A DNA stretch of 64,000 nt from Candidatus Wildermuthbacteria bacterium (GTDB lineage Bacteria > Patescibacteriota > Minisyncoccia > Minisyncoccales > UBA10102): assembly GCA_016186115.1 (NCBI GenBank), contig JACPMK010000003.1, forward strand, positions 154,470 through 218,469, given 5' to 3'. Numbering within the stretch: position 1 is the stretch's first letter; each line of letters opens with the position of its first letter. The translations under genes were made by a program, and so were the position numbers. This document shows positions 1 through 9,835 of this stretch, piece by piece. Below the pieces are notes generated by a model. The model was not told the DNA's origin. It saw nothing but the letters and a program-made list of their open reading frames with translations, and searched no databases.

Positions 1-13
1 TCAAGCAATAGCT

Positions 14-646
14 ATGGAAAGTCAGTACGTTTTAACAAAAGATATTGTATTTTCCGAGATCGCGAAACAGTTTCCTGACGATGTAAAAGTCACTTCGCTC
101 GCTGAAAATGCGCGAGCATTTTATCATTATGCAAAAAAAATCAATGTTCAAGATTCCACCTTCTTTATGCTGGGCTCTATGGGGCAGGAAGTTTCGATGG
201 GCTTGGGGGTCAGCATTGGGATAAAAGATGCAGCAAAACTTCGATGCATTGTGATAAGTAGTGACGGGAGTTTTCTTTCAAATTTGCCAGCATTGATGAC
301 CATAAGCTTGATGAAGCCCTCAAAAATGATTCTCTTGGTGCTTGATAATGAAATGCATCGTATTACGGGGGGGCAGGTGACTGCCTCTCGCGCAGTATCG
401 CTTTGCAATATCGCGCGAGAATGCGGAATGGAAGCGTATTTGGTGCATACCATTGAAGAATTGAAGCAGGCCTTTCGAAAGGCAAAGCAGGAAGAGGGCC
501 CAATTTTTATCCAGATCAAAATTAACGATAAGGTCGCTCATTCAGAGGAAATTGAGGAAGCCCCTGCGGTTCTCTTTCATAATTTTTCTAATTATATCCA
601 GCAGCATCGATATGATAAGCGTACGAAGATTTCGAAAGGGAGATGA
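14..646 (+). CDS. ThDP-binding decarboxylase beta subunit (sulfopyruvate decarboxylase ComE / phosphonopyruvate decarboxylase-like)
   Basis: FFMLGSMG, SDGSFLSN...VLDNE (GDG-x24-27-N ThDP motif variant), TGGQ; 210 aa stand-alone beta subunit. Confidence 0.8.
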   Translation: MESQYVLTKDIVFSEIAKQFPDDVKVTSLAENARAFYHYAKKINVQDSTFFMLGSMGQEVSMGLGVSIGIKDAAKLRCIVISSDGSFLSNLPALMTISLMKPSKMILLVLDNEMHRITGGQVTASRAVSLCNIARECGMEAYLVHTIEELKQAFRKAKQEEGPIFIQIKINDKVAHSEEIEEAPAVLFHNFSNYIQQHRYDKRTKISKGR

Positions 647-1571
647 GAAAGGGATTGTACAATTGGGACATTTACTATTTCCCAATTTTTATTTTCCGTT
701 TACTCAATGGCAATGGCGGCATTATTTCGACAAGAAGCGAATTGTTGTTGCCGTAGACGAATCAAATACAATAGTGGGACACTGGGCATACCTTCGTAGA
801 TCGCTTGTTTCGCAGGGGAAACGCTTTGCCGCCGGGATATCATTATCCGCAATGGTTCATCCCTCTTGGCAGGGCAAAGGAGTATTCTCGCAGATTGGGA
901 AGATGCTTTTTAAGATTGCAAGAAATGAAGGCGTAAAGCTGTTATTCGGTTTTCCCAATGATCTTTCCATGCCTATTCATTCTCATTTGGGTTTTGTCGC
1001 TATACGATCGTATTTTATTTACAACCTTTTGCATTTTGTTCAGAAGCATTCTCGAGAAGACGCATGTTTTTCGTTCATGCCAACAAGAGTATGTCATCCC
1101 GTTTCCCATACGTACGCTGGTCAAGATGCTGTGCATCTTATAAAGAATCAGCGATATCTTGCATGGCGCTATGGAGAAAAACCACAAAGCAATTATTTTG
1201 CGTACACGATACATGGGCAACATAAGAGAAAAGGATATGCAGTATGGAAATTGTATCCGAGGGAAGACGGAACGACTCACATGCAGTTGATTGATGTCGA
1301 TATCCATACTCAATTCCATGAGAAGTTTGCCGAAGAACTTTTTTCCTTCTGGCAAAAGCTTGCAAAAAAGAAAGGGGCGAATACTCTCTCCCTTTGGGGG
1401 CAGGGAATAGGAAGCATAGAAGATAGAATTATCGATCAGTATGGGTTTCAAAAGAATAACTCCAAAACATTCCATCTTATGGCAAAGGGAATATCCATTA
1501 CACAGAAAGAGATGAGGATTCTTCAGGAAACCCCGTGGAATATCAAAATGGGAGACACAGAGATATTCTAA
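612..1571 (+). CDS. GNAT-family N-acyltransferase
   Basis: MVHPSWQGKGVF acetyl-CoA motif A and FGFPN; start placed at ATG 612, overlapping the upstream gene end. Confidence 0.8.
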   Translation: MISVRRFRKGDEKGIVQLGHLLFPNFYFPFTQWQWRHYFDKKRIVVAVDESNTIVGHWAYLRRSLVSQGKRFAAGISLSAMVHPSWQGKGVFSQIGKMLFKIARNEGVKLLFGFPNDLSMPIHSHLGFVAIRSYFIYNLLHFVQKHSREDACFSFMPTRVCHPVSHTYAGQDAVHLIKNQRYLAWRYGEKPQSNYFAYTIHGQHKRKGYAVWKLYPREDGTTHMQLIDVDIHTQFHEKFAEELFSFWQKLAKKKGANTLSLWGQGIGSIEDRIIDQYGFQKNNSKTFHLMAKGISITQKEMRILQETPWNIKMGDTEIF

Positions 1572-1587
1572 TCGCTGTGCAATATAA

Positions 1588-1616
1588 AAGAGCTCCTGGT
1601 TTTCCCAAGAGCTCTT
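1588..1616. terminator. Hairpin between convergent genes (probable bidirectional terminator)
   Basis: AAGAGCTC...GAGCTCTT inverted repeat between stops at 1571 and 1635. Confidence 0.55.
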
Positions 1617-1634
1617 GTGGTTCCGTGGACGGTA

Positions 1635-2456
1635 CTATGCGGCTTGGAGTACTTTGGAAGGGGTTTCTTGTTTTCTGCGGTAATATTCATATCCGAGATA
1701 TAGCCCTAGGTAAATTGCATTGCCTACCACTACGTTTACCGTTAGCCCCAAGTTGCGGAGCCACCATGTGCCTGTGTTGACGTCAAGAGTATTATTGCTC
1801 ATGACATGTATCCAGAAAATGAACACGAGTGCATTAGAAAAAAGCCCTTTTAAAAATATTCGTCGGTAATATCCTGTTGAGTCCACTCGTATGGTCTTGA
1901 GGTCGAGCAAAATCCATCTCAAGACAATCAAGGTGGCCACAATTGCAGTGATGGTTTCGAAACCCCAACCCCATCCGATCGTAGAATCATCGAGATACCG
2001 TATAAAGCCAGTCAGAATGCCAAGCAGAATAGCTACGGCCGCAATAAGAATTGCAGTTAGTTTTTCGTTCCATGTAAGTTTCCATCGGTTGTGCAACCCT
2101 ACGCCAACCTGCGCACTAATAATGGTGAGCAGCAGCAATGTCAGAATAAACCACCAAATAGGCACATTTCTGTTCATCCATATGCCAATGTTCAGAACGA
2201 GGAGCATTGCCCAGTGGATGAGGTCGTACATACGGGCTTCAATATTTACGAGGTTTTTCCTTTGGATCGAAGAGAAAAGATCGAGTTGGCCCGAGATTAC
2301 TGCCAGCATCCCTACGGGTGGCAGCCATGCAGCGGGGAAATGAAACGCATCACCCCACGTATCAAAAGATCCTTGCATTCTGCCGAAAACGATTCCCACC
2401 AAGAGAACAAGGAGTAGCCAATATGACATCCCAATCGCCTTCTTTGTGATCTCCAT
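1635..2456 (-). CDS. Multi-pass membrane protein of unknown function
   Basis: 273 aa, about 7-8 hydrophobic segments; GGAGGGG RBS upstream on the minus strand. Confidence 0.75.
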   Translation of the reverse strand: MEITKKAIGMSYWLLLVLLVGIVFGRMQGSFDTWGDAFHFPAAWLPPVGMLAVISGQLDLFSSIQRKNLVNIEARMYDLIHWAMLLVLNIGIWMNRNVPIWWFILTLLLLTIISAQVGVGLHNRWKLTWNEKLTAILIAAVAILLGILTGFIRYLDDSTIGWGWGFETITAIVATLIVLRWILLDLKTIRVDSTGYYRRIFLKGLFSNALVFIFWIHVMSNNTLDVNTGTWWLRNLGLTVNVVVGNAIYLGLYLGYEYYRRKQETPSKVLQAA

Positions 2457-2588
2457 TTTTCCCCTCCTAGATTTGCTAGCTTATATCTATCCTTTCTCTT
2501 TCTGTTTGTCAAGAGCGAGTTTTTCAATCTCAAATTCAGCAAAACCCGCACCTTTACAAAAGGGAATAATCTGATAAGCTGAAGGTAT

Positions 2589-3665
2589 ATGAATACACAT
2601 CCTTTTATAGAGGTTGCTGGGAGAAAGATTGGGCTCGGTTACCCCTCCTTTATTATTGCCGAGCTTTCTTGTAATCATCTCCAACAACTTGACAAGGCGA
2701 AGGAAATTATTAGGGCAGCAGCGGCTGCGGGCGCCGATGCGATTAAACTTCAAACTTATACCGCCGATACCATTACCATCGACTCCAGAAAGCCAGATTT
2801 TCTAGCAGGGGGCGCCGATAATCCGAGCGACTGGAATCAGCAGACCCTGTATGGACTTTACCAGCAAGCTTATACTCCTTGGGAATGGCACGCAGAATTA
2901 AAGCAACTCATTGAGGATCTTGGGATGATTTTTTTCTCAACGCCTTCTGACGACACCGCAGTTGATTTTCTGGAAGAACTCGGGACACCTTGCTATAAAA
3001 TTGCTTCGTATGCCGCAACGCATATTCCTTTGCTTGAGAGGGTAGCAAAGACCCATAAACCAGTTATCCTTTCGACTGGTTTTGCTACTTTGGAAGAAAT
3101 TGAGCTTGCCGTGCAAACGCTTAGAGAAAATGGGGCACAACAGATTGCATTACTGCATTGTATTACTACATATGCGAAGGATCCTGATTCAGGGATTATG
3201 AATCTTCGTACTATCTCTGATCTAGGGGAACGTTTTGGAGTTGTCAGCGGATTTTCAGATAATAATGCCGGCATCGAAATTCCTATTATGGCAGTGTGCG
3301 CAGGAGCTTCCATTGTTGAAAAACATCTCATGCTGCAGCATGCCGATGAAAGTTTTGATGCGCAATTTTCTTTGGATCCGTCTGAACTCAAAGAGATGGT
3401 TTCAAGGATTCGTCATTTCGAACGCCTTCTTGGGCAAGTGCATTATGGCCCCGCAAATGCTTCAGAAGAGCATAACTTAAGATATCGTCACTCTATTTAC
3501 GTAGTAAAAGATATGAAGGCGGGAGATGTTTTCACGCCAGGGAATATACGAGTGATCCGGCCGGCATTCGGACTTGCTCCAAAGCACTACAAGAATATCC
3601 TCGGGAAGTCTGCTAAAAAAGATATTGAACGCGGAACTCGCCTCTCTTGGGAATTAATTTCTTGA
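2589..3665 (+). CDS. pseI: Nonulosonic acid synthase (NeuB/PseI family) with C-terminal SAF domain
   Basis: FIIAELSCNH, AIKLQTY, YKIAS, LLHC, VEKH, IRPAFGLAP. Confidence 0.85.
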   Translation: MNTHPFIEVAGRKIGLGYPSFIIAELSCNHLQQLDKAKEIIRAAAAAGADAIKLQTYTADTITIDSRKPDFLAGGADNPSDWNQQTLYGLYQQAYTPWEWHAELKQLIEDLGMIFFSTPSDDTAVDFLEELGTPCYKIASYAATHIPLLERVAKTHKPVILSTGFATLEEIELAVQTLRENGAQQIALLHCITTYAKDPDSGIMNLRTISDLGERFGVVSGFSDNNAGIEIPIMAVCAGASIVEKHLMLQHADESFDAQFSLDPSELKEMVSRIRHFERLLGQVHYGPANASEEHNLRYRHSIYVVKDMKAGDVFTPGNIRVIRPAFGLAPKHYKNILGKSAKKDIERGTRLSWELIS

Positions 3666-3670
3666 TCTCT

Positions 3671-4378
3671 ATGACGATAGCGCAAGCAGGAATAAAACCG
3701 CGCATCTTAGTCATAGCGGCGCACCCGGATGACGAAATTTTAGGTTGTGGGGCAACGCTCGCCCGCTACATCCGCAGGGGAATTGAGGCGCACGGTTTTA
3801 TTCTTGGGAAGGGGAAGTCCTCCCGCTTTGCGAATCCAGGAAATTCTGCCGAGACAATTCAAAAAGAACAGGACATTCTTCTGGAAGAAGCGCACAAAGC
3901 CGCCAGTATTATTGGAATTTCTCGTCTTTCCTTTGCTGATTTTCCGGATCAACGATACGATTCCGTACCATTTTTGGAGATTGTGCAGCGCATAGAAGAT
4001 ATGGTGGAGCAGGTGAAGCCGTCCATTGTCTTTACTCACTATCGGCGCGATCTTAATTTGGATCATCGAATTACGTTAAAAGCCGTGCTTACAGCTGTCC
4101 GTCCTCTCCCGGAACAATCTGTACGACATATCTATTCTTTCGAAGTGCCTTCTTCCACCGAATGGAACGTTCCTTTATCCTTTTCTCCAAATGTATTTAT
4201 TGACGTGAAAGAAACCTTTGACCAAAAACTTGCTGCCCTTCAGGCATACGAGAGCGAAATGCGGGAATACCCTCATCCCCGTTCGATGCGAGCAATAGAA
4301 ATTATCGCAAGACGATGGGGGACTATTGTTGGCAAAGAGTTGGTGGAGGCATTTGAACTCGTGCGCGAGATAAAATAG
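3671..4378 (+). CDS. PIG-L/LmbE family N-deacetylase
   Basis: AAHPDDEILGCG, DLNLDH, YESEMREYPHPRS. Confidence 0.9.
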   Translation: MTIAQAGIKPRILVIAAHPDDEILGCGATLARYIRRGIEAHGFILGKGKSSRFANPGNSAETIQKEQDILLEEAHKAASIIGISRLSFADFPDQRYDSVPFLEIVQRIEDMVEQVKPSIVFTHYRRDLNLDHRITLKAVLTAVRPLPEQSVRHIYSFEVPSSTEWNVPLSFSPNVFIDVKETFDQKLAALQAYESEMREYPHPRSMRAIEIIARRWGTIVGKELVEAFELVREIK

Positions 4379-4384
4379 TGGAAT

Positions 4385-5875
4385 ATGCAAAGTGAACCGA
4401 TATCTTCTCTTCGACAGGAAATTGTCAAACATATTGCGCAGTTTTCTTTTGGGACCCTCATAAAGGGCATAGGCCAGTTCGTCAATCAATATGTTGCCGC
4501 ACTTTTGTTGGGTCCAGCTATCTTTGGCGTATGGCAGGGAGCACGATTATTGTTAGGATATGGGACGAATGTCGGCTTGGGGACCATCGAGGGCATGCAA
4601 AAAGAAATTCCTGTGTTGCGGGGGAGGGGAAACCAAGAAAAAGTATTGACCATTGCCCGCACCTCTTTCTTCTTTAATTTCGCAGCAACTCTTTTTTTAT
4701 CTATCGTAATTTTATTGAGCAGTTTTTTTATACATGCAGGGCAGGAAATGATTCTCGCACTCCGTTTTATAAGTGTATTGCTCGTTTTGCAGTTTTTAAA
4801 AATGTTTTATGAGACGTGGCTGAAGGCACACAAGAAGTTTGACACTTTGAGCGTTGTTGCGGCGATCGACGGAATCGGTTTTCTCGCTTCTCTTACTCTC
4901 ATTTTCTTTTATTCTTTTCTCGGGTTTCTTTTAGGATACGTATTCACAATGCTGGCGAGTACGGCATATGCAATGGGGAAGAGCGAATACAAATTTGCTC
5001 TTGGATTGGATGGGAAAACTCTTCGCTCCCTTATGATTATTGGTTTTCCTATCATGCTGATCGGATTTTCTGGAATGGGTTTTCAAACAATCGATCGCGT
5101 CCTCATTCTAGGATTTCTCGGCGCCGCATCTTTAGGGGAATACAGTTTGGGCTGGCTCCTTTTTATGCCTTTCACATTTCTTATCTATACCGTAAATTCA
5201 GTTATGTTTCCGCATTTTGCCGAGCGCTTCGGGGCAAAAGGAACCGATGGCGCACTTTTGAATTTTATTGTTGTGCCCATTCAGTATGTAGCGCTTATTA
5301 TGCCTACTCTTATCGGAGCAATTGTGATTGCTTTGCCAGAACTTGTTCCTCTCTTTCTACCAGCGTATGAAAAGGGAGTTTTGGCGGCGCAAATTTTTCT
5401 TTTTGGGTCTTTTTTTATATCTACGGTTGGCATGGCCGGCAATTTTTTTATTTCCACCAACCGGCAAAATTTCTATCTTCTTATTCTCGCAGCGAGTTTC
5501 GCTTTAAATTTTGTCTTGAGCATATTTTTTTTATCGCTCGGCCTTGGAATCGTTGGAGTCGCATGGGGAGCAGCTCTTTCCTATTTTTTCTTCTTCATCG
5601 CAATGATTGTTCTATCGTTAAGATATTGTGGAGCTTTGAGAAATGAAATTATGAACAGAGTTGGTAAGTTTCTTTTTCCCGTATTGTATAGTATCCTTTT
5701 ATCAATACTGGTGATGGTTTTTATTAAGACAGATAAAAATGCTCAAGGAGCAACAGCTGCAATGCAGACGATCCTGGCTCGGGAATCCATCTTTTTTCTT
5801 TTTAGTTCATATTTGGTTTATCTTTTTTTAAAAAATATGAAATCTTCTCTTCCCCGCTTTTCATGGAAAAAATAG
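4385..5875 (+). CDS. wzx: Wzx-type polysaccharide flippase
   Basis: About 12-14 TM segments, LLGPAIFG, IDRVLI...LGEYS MOP-family pattern. Confidence 0.85.
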   Translation: MQSEPISSLRQEIVKHIAQFSFGTLIKGIGQFVNQYVAALLLGPAIFGVWQGARLLLGYGTNVGLGTIEGMQKEIPVLRGRGNQEKVLTIARTSFFFNFAATLFLSIVILLSSFFIHAGQEMILALRFISVLLVLQFLKMFYETWLKAHKKFDTLSVVAAIDGIGFLASLTLIFFYSFLGFLLGYVFTMLASTAYAMGKSEYKFALGLDGKTLRSLMIIGFPIMLIGFSGMGFQTIDRVLILGFLGAASLGEYSLGWLLFMPFTFLIYTVNSVMFPHFAERFGAKGTDGALLNFIVVPIQYVALIMPTLIGAIVIALPELVPLFLPAYEKGVLAAQIFLFGSFFISTVGMAGNFFISTNRQNFYLLILAASFALNFVLSIFFLSLGLGIVGVAWGAALSYFFFFIAMIVLSLRYCGALRNEIMNRVGKFLFPVLYSILLSILVMVFIKTDKNAQGATAAMQTILARESIFFLFSSYLVYLFLKNMKSSLPRFSWKK

Positions 5876-7242
5876 ATTTTTGTTTTTTCGTAACCGAACT
5901 TGCCAGAGACGGAGAATTTGCCGTCATGCTTTCTCGTGAGTTTGAAAAGCGCGGTTTGAGAACTTTTTTTGTAACCACAAGCGAAGCGGGGGATCTTGCA
6001 TTTCAGAAAGCTGGCCTTACTAATTTTTGCAATATCGAGAGCATGAGCAAGACGATGCAGATTACGGATGAGAATCTTGGGCGGGCGGTGGAACGGGCTC
6101 AATCGCAATTTGGAATAGAAAGTATGTCATTCGAAATATTAACAGAGAAGATGGTCTTTAAAAGAAAAGATGATAAAGAAATGATGCGGAAACTTCTTCT
6201 CTACCTTTTTTCTTTAAGTGAGTTTTTCTCCAAGAGATTTGAAGTTCGCTATTTTGTGCAGGGGTGCTCCAAATCCCTCAATAGTATTGCGTTTTACTAT
6301 GCGGGAGCCAATCAAGGGAAACATATCTTCTTTTCTGCTTCGCCAATTGCAGGATATCTTTATTTTTCTTTTCACCCGTGGGGTTTATTAGAAGTAGATC
6401 CTAAGAATGTAAAACATGTGGAAGGGGAAGCAAGAAAGCGTATCGAAGATTACGTTGCGAAAGTCAAAGAAGAAAAAAAGGTTGCTATTGTGCTGCCGAT
6501 GTCCAAAGTGACTCCCTCCTTAACAAAAGAGCGATTTCAAAAACTTTTTTATCTGTTGAAAAATTTTCGGTCAGAACATCTGCCCATCCTTTTTATTTTG
6601 AAAAATTTTACCATGCGGTTTTTCCGCCAGTTCTATGTGCGCAGATTTTATCAAAATCCTGTGCCGGGAGAAAAATATATGTATTTCCCTCTTCATTTCC
6701 CTGATGACAGCCAATTGACCGCAAGAGCTGTTCCTTTTATTACCCAAGAATTTGTCATTGAGATTCTTTCCCGATATCTTCCTTATGGGTATAAAATTTA
6801 CGTGAAAGAGCATCCGGCTTCCCTTGGATACTATTCATCACATATGCTCCGTTTTATTTGCGGTTTGCCAAATGTAAAATTGGTTCCTCCGTTACTCAAT
6901 TCGCATGGCCTTATTCAAAAAGCAGAAATTGTATGCGTGATTAATTCCAGTGTGGGGTATGAAGCATTGCTGTATCAAAAACCCGTGGTTACGTTTGGCG
7001 AGTCATTTTATAGTGGGAGGGGAGTAACGCTCGATATTCGCAATTTGTACGATGTTCCAAAAATCCTTCAGCAGGCGCAGCGTTTTCAGCCAGATCGGGA
7101 ACGGATTCTCTCATTGCTTCATGCGTGGTATCAGGAGAGCTATCCTCCGAGTCCGGAACGGGTGTTCTATGATTCGCATCAGGAAGATGCAGAAGTTTTT
7201 TGTGATGCATTGGTAAAATATACGGAAGGGCAAATTCCCTAA
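5863..7242 (+). CDS. KpsS/capsule-biosynthesis-family glycosyltransferase (candidate nonulosonate transferase)
   Basis: YFPLHFPDDS, VKEHP, INSSVGYEALL motifs. Confidence 0.75.
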   Translation: MEKIDFCFFVTELARDGEFAVMLSREFEKRGLRTFFVTTSEAGDLAFQKAGLTNFCNIESMSKTMQITDENLGRAVERAQSQFGIESMSFEILTEKMVFKRKDDKEMMRKLLLYLFSLSEFFSKRFEVRYFVQGCSKSLNSIAFYYAGANQGKHIFFSASPIAGYLYFSFHPWGLLEVDPKNVKHVEGEARKRIEDYVAKVKEEKKVAIVLPMSKVTPSLTKERFQKLFYLLKNFRSEHLPILFILKNFTMRFFRQFYVRRFYQNPVPGEKYMYFPLHFPDDSQLTARAVPFITQEFVIEILSRYLPYGYKIYVKEHPASLGYYSSHMLRFICGLPNVKLVPPLLNSHGLIQKAEIVCVINSSVGYEALLYQKPVVTFGESFYSGRGVTLDIRNLYDVPKILQQAQRFQPDRERILSLLHAWYQESYPPSPERVFYDSHQEDAEVFCDALVKYTEGQIP

Positions 7243-7250
7243 ACATTTTT

Positions 7251-8708
7251 ATGCAGCTGCTCAAGAGATTTCTTTTTGAAAATAAGGGCATTGCACCGAT
7301 AGTTTTCAAGAATGCGTCGTGGCTTATTTTTGCCGAGGGGGTTTCGCGTCTTTTTGTATTTGCTGCTTTTCTTTTGGCTGCGAGAACTCTTGGGCCTTCT
7401 GGATTCGGGGAATTTACGTTTGCGCTTGCCTTTGTATCTTTATTTTTAATGTTTGGCGAGGGGGGGATTTCGATGGCTCTTACGAAAGAATTTTCCCAGC
7501 GTTCCATGCAGCGAGAGGAATTTTCTTCGCTGATCTCCTTGAGAGCGTTGATGAGCATTGTCCTTTTTCTGCCCATCCTCGGGTTCTCTTTTTTGGTGAC
7601 CCAGCATATGGTTATTCGATATGCAATATGGATTCTTGCCTGGTATGTGGTTGCCGAGAGTTTTTCTGAAACCTTCTTTGCCATGTTTCGTGCGCACCAG
7701 AAAATGAAATACGAAGCAATTGTGCGTATTGTTCGAATGATCCTTGCCTTTGGATTAATGTGGTGGGTTCTTTTCACGATGCCCAGCGTGCTTTATTTGA
7801 GCATTGGATATTCGAGTGCCTACCTTGCGGGTTTGGCAATATGCTTCGTTCTTTGCCATCTGTTTATTCAACGTCTTGGTTTTCAGTGGAATTTTTTTAT
7901 TTGGAAAAGATTCTTCAAGATGTCTTGGCCATTTGCTCTTATCGCTCTCTCCACTTCTTTCTATGCGTTTAGCGATTCAGTAATGATGGGATTCTGGGGA
8001 CAAATCACACAAACAGGATGGTACAACGGGGCCTATAAAATAGTTTCGACGCTTCTTTTTCCTGCTTTGCTGCTTTCTTTGGGATTTTACCCGGCATTGA
8101 GCGTTCATATTCAAACTTCAAAGGAACAATTCCAACGCCTTTGGCGTACCCATTTTGAGTTAATGCTTATGGGCTCAATCCCCATGGTAGTTGGAGGAGT
8201 AATTCTTGCTCCCAAACTCATTGATTTGCTATATGGCGCGAGTTATCAGCCCTCGGTACTTGCATTTCAGATTCTGATCGGGATGGCAGGGCTTTTGATG
8301 CTTTTCCTGCCCTTCAAATACCTTCTGATTGTCTGCAATCAGGAGAGGAAACTTTTTATCTTGACCCTGGCTGGAGCAATCATTAATATTGTTTTAAATG
8401 TCATATTCATTCCTCGATTTAGTTTATATGGTGCCGCCGCCACCACGCTTGTGTCGTATCTTTTTTTGGTTTGCGCTGCGTGGATCTTTTCTTTTCGGTA
8501 CACTCCAATTTTTTTAGATCGAATGCGTATTCTAAAAATCGTGGTCGCTTCTTTCGTAAGTAGTGCGATTCTTTATTTCTTCCTTTCTGAATCTTTGAAC
8601 CTTCGTCTCCCAGTGATTGTTGTAGGATTAGCAGGATTTCTTCTTTACCTTACTGTTTTCGCGTTTGGCTATAGATTGTTCATAAAAGAGAGGCACATGG
8701 CGATATGA
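7251..8708 (+). CDS. wzx: Wzx-type flippase (second copy)
   Basis: ARTLGPSGFGEF, DSVMMG, GWYNGAYK, YGAAATT; about 14 TM. Confidence 0.9.
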   Translation: MQLLKRFLFENKGIAPIVFKNASWLIFAEGVSRLFVFAAFLLAARTLGPSGFGEFTFALAFVSLFLMFGEGGISMALTKEFSQRSMQREEFSSLISLRALMSIVLFLPILGFSFLVTQHMVIRYAIWILAWYVVAESFSETFFAMFRAHQKMKYEAIVRIVRMILAFGLMWWVLFTMPSVLYLSIGYSSAYLAGLAICFVLCHLFIQRLGFQWNFFIWKRFFKMSWPFALIALSTSFYAFSDSVMMGFWGQITQTGWYNGAYKIVSTLLFPALLLSLGFYPALSVHIQTSKEQFQRLWRTHFELMLMGSIPMVVGGVILAPKLIDLLYGASYQPSVLAFQILIGMAGLLMLFLPFKYLLIVCNQERKLFILTLAGAIINIVLNVIFIPRFSLYGAAATTLVSYLFLVCAAWIFSFRYTPIFLDRMRILKIVVASFVSSAILYFFLSESLNLRLPVIVVGLAGFLLYLTVFAFGYRLFIKERHMAI

Positions 8709-9835
8709 AAGTAGCGTTTCTTTTGGGCACCCGCCCGGAAATTATCAAAATGGCTCCGATGATACGGATTTGCCAGAGGGAGAAAATTCCTTTTCGCATT
8801 CTGCATACGGGTCAGCATTACGATGTGATGATGAGCGCCACTTTTTTTAAGGAATTGGGGCTTCCGTCGATCATACAGAATTTGCATACCAAATCAGGTA
8901 CGCATGGAAGGATGACAGCGCAGATGATGGGGGGTATTGAGAGGGCGCTCAAGAAGGACAGATCAGATATTGTGTTGGTTCAGGGAGATACGGATACCAC
9001 GGTGGCCGGCGCTTTGGCAAGCGTGAAATTGCATATCCCAGTGGGTCATGTGGAGGCGGGCTTGCGAAGCTATGATCGGCGGCTTCCGGAAGAATACAAT
9101 CGCATTATATGCGACCATATTGCTGATTATCTTTTTGCTCCTACGAAGTTGGCAAAAGAAAATCTTCATCAGGAGGGTATTGGCAGGAACTCTATTCTTT
9201 TTCCGCAAGGGGAGAGGAGGCAGGAAATATTTGTTACCGGCAACACCGCTATTGATGTGCTCAAGCAGTGGAGAGAAAAGGCGGATAATTCCCGCATGCG
9301 CCAAAGAATTGGATTGCAGAGCACTGAATACTTTTTGATGACTGTTCATCGGGAAGAAAATGTGGATCGCAGAGAAAATTTGCTCGGCATGATACGGGGC
9401 ATTGAGAATGTTGCGAAATTTTTCCGTGTGCCGATTGTGTTTCCGATGCATCCAAGGACAATGCGAAAACTCAAAGAATATAAACTTTTGGCAAAGGCAG
9501 CGAGAATTCGGGAATTGCGCATCATTGAGCCGGTTGGGTTTTTGGATTTTTTTGCACTGGAGGCAAATGCTTCGCTTGTGCTTACGGATTCCGGAGGAGT
9601 GCAGGAAGAGGCATGCTATCTGCGTGTTCCATGCGTTGTGTTGCGAGAGAGAACTGATCGTCCCGAATCTGTTCAAGCAGGAGCTGCCATGCTGGCTGGC
9701 TGTGATTCAGAAACAATACTGAAAAGCGCTCAGGTCATGCTTCAAAAACCCCGGCACTGGAAAAATCCCTTTGGCGATGGAAAGGCAGGAGAACGGATTA
9801 TGGAAATACTCACGAGTCATTTTTGCCTTTTATGA
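8705..9835 (+). CDS. wecB: UDP-N-acetylglucosamine 2-epimerase (non-hydrolysing)
   Basis: GTRPEIIK, HTGQHY, QGDT, HVEAGLRS, PEE, TDSGGVQEEA. Confidence 0.93.
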   Translation: MKVAFLLGTRPEIIKMAPMIRICQREKIPFRILHTGQHYDVMMSATFFKELGLPSIIQNLHTKSGTHGRMTAQMMGGIERALKKDRSDIVLVQGDTDTTVAGALASVKLHIPVGHVEAGLRSYDRRLPEEYNRIICDHIADYLFAPTKLAKENLHQEGIGRNSILFPQGERRQEIFVTGNTAIDVLKQWREKADNSRMRQRIGLQSTEYFLMTVHREENVDRRENLLGMIRGIENVAKFFRVPIVFPMHPRTMRKLKEYKLLAKAARIRELRIIEPVGFLDFFALEANASLVLTDSGGVQEEACYLRVPCVVLRERTDRPESVQAGAAMLAGCDSETILKSAQVMLQKPRHWKNPFGDGKAGERIMEILTSHFCLL

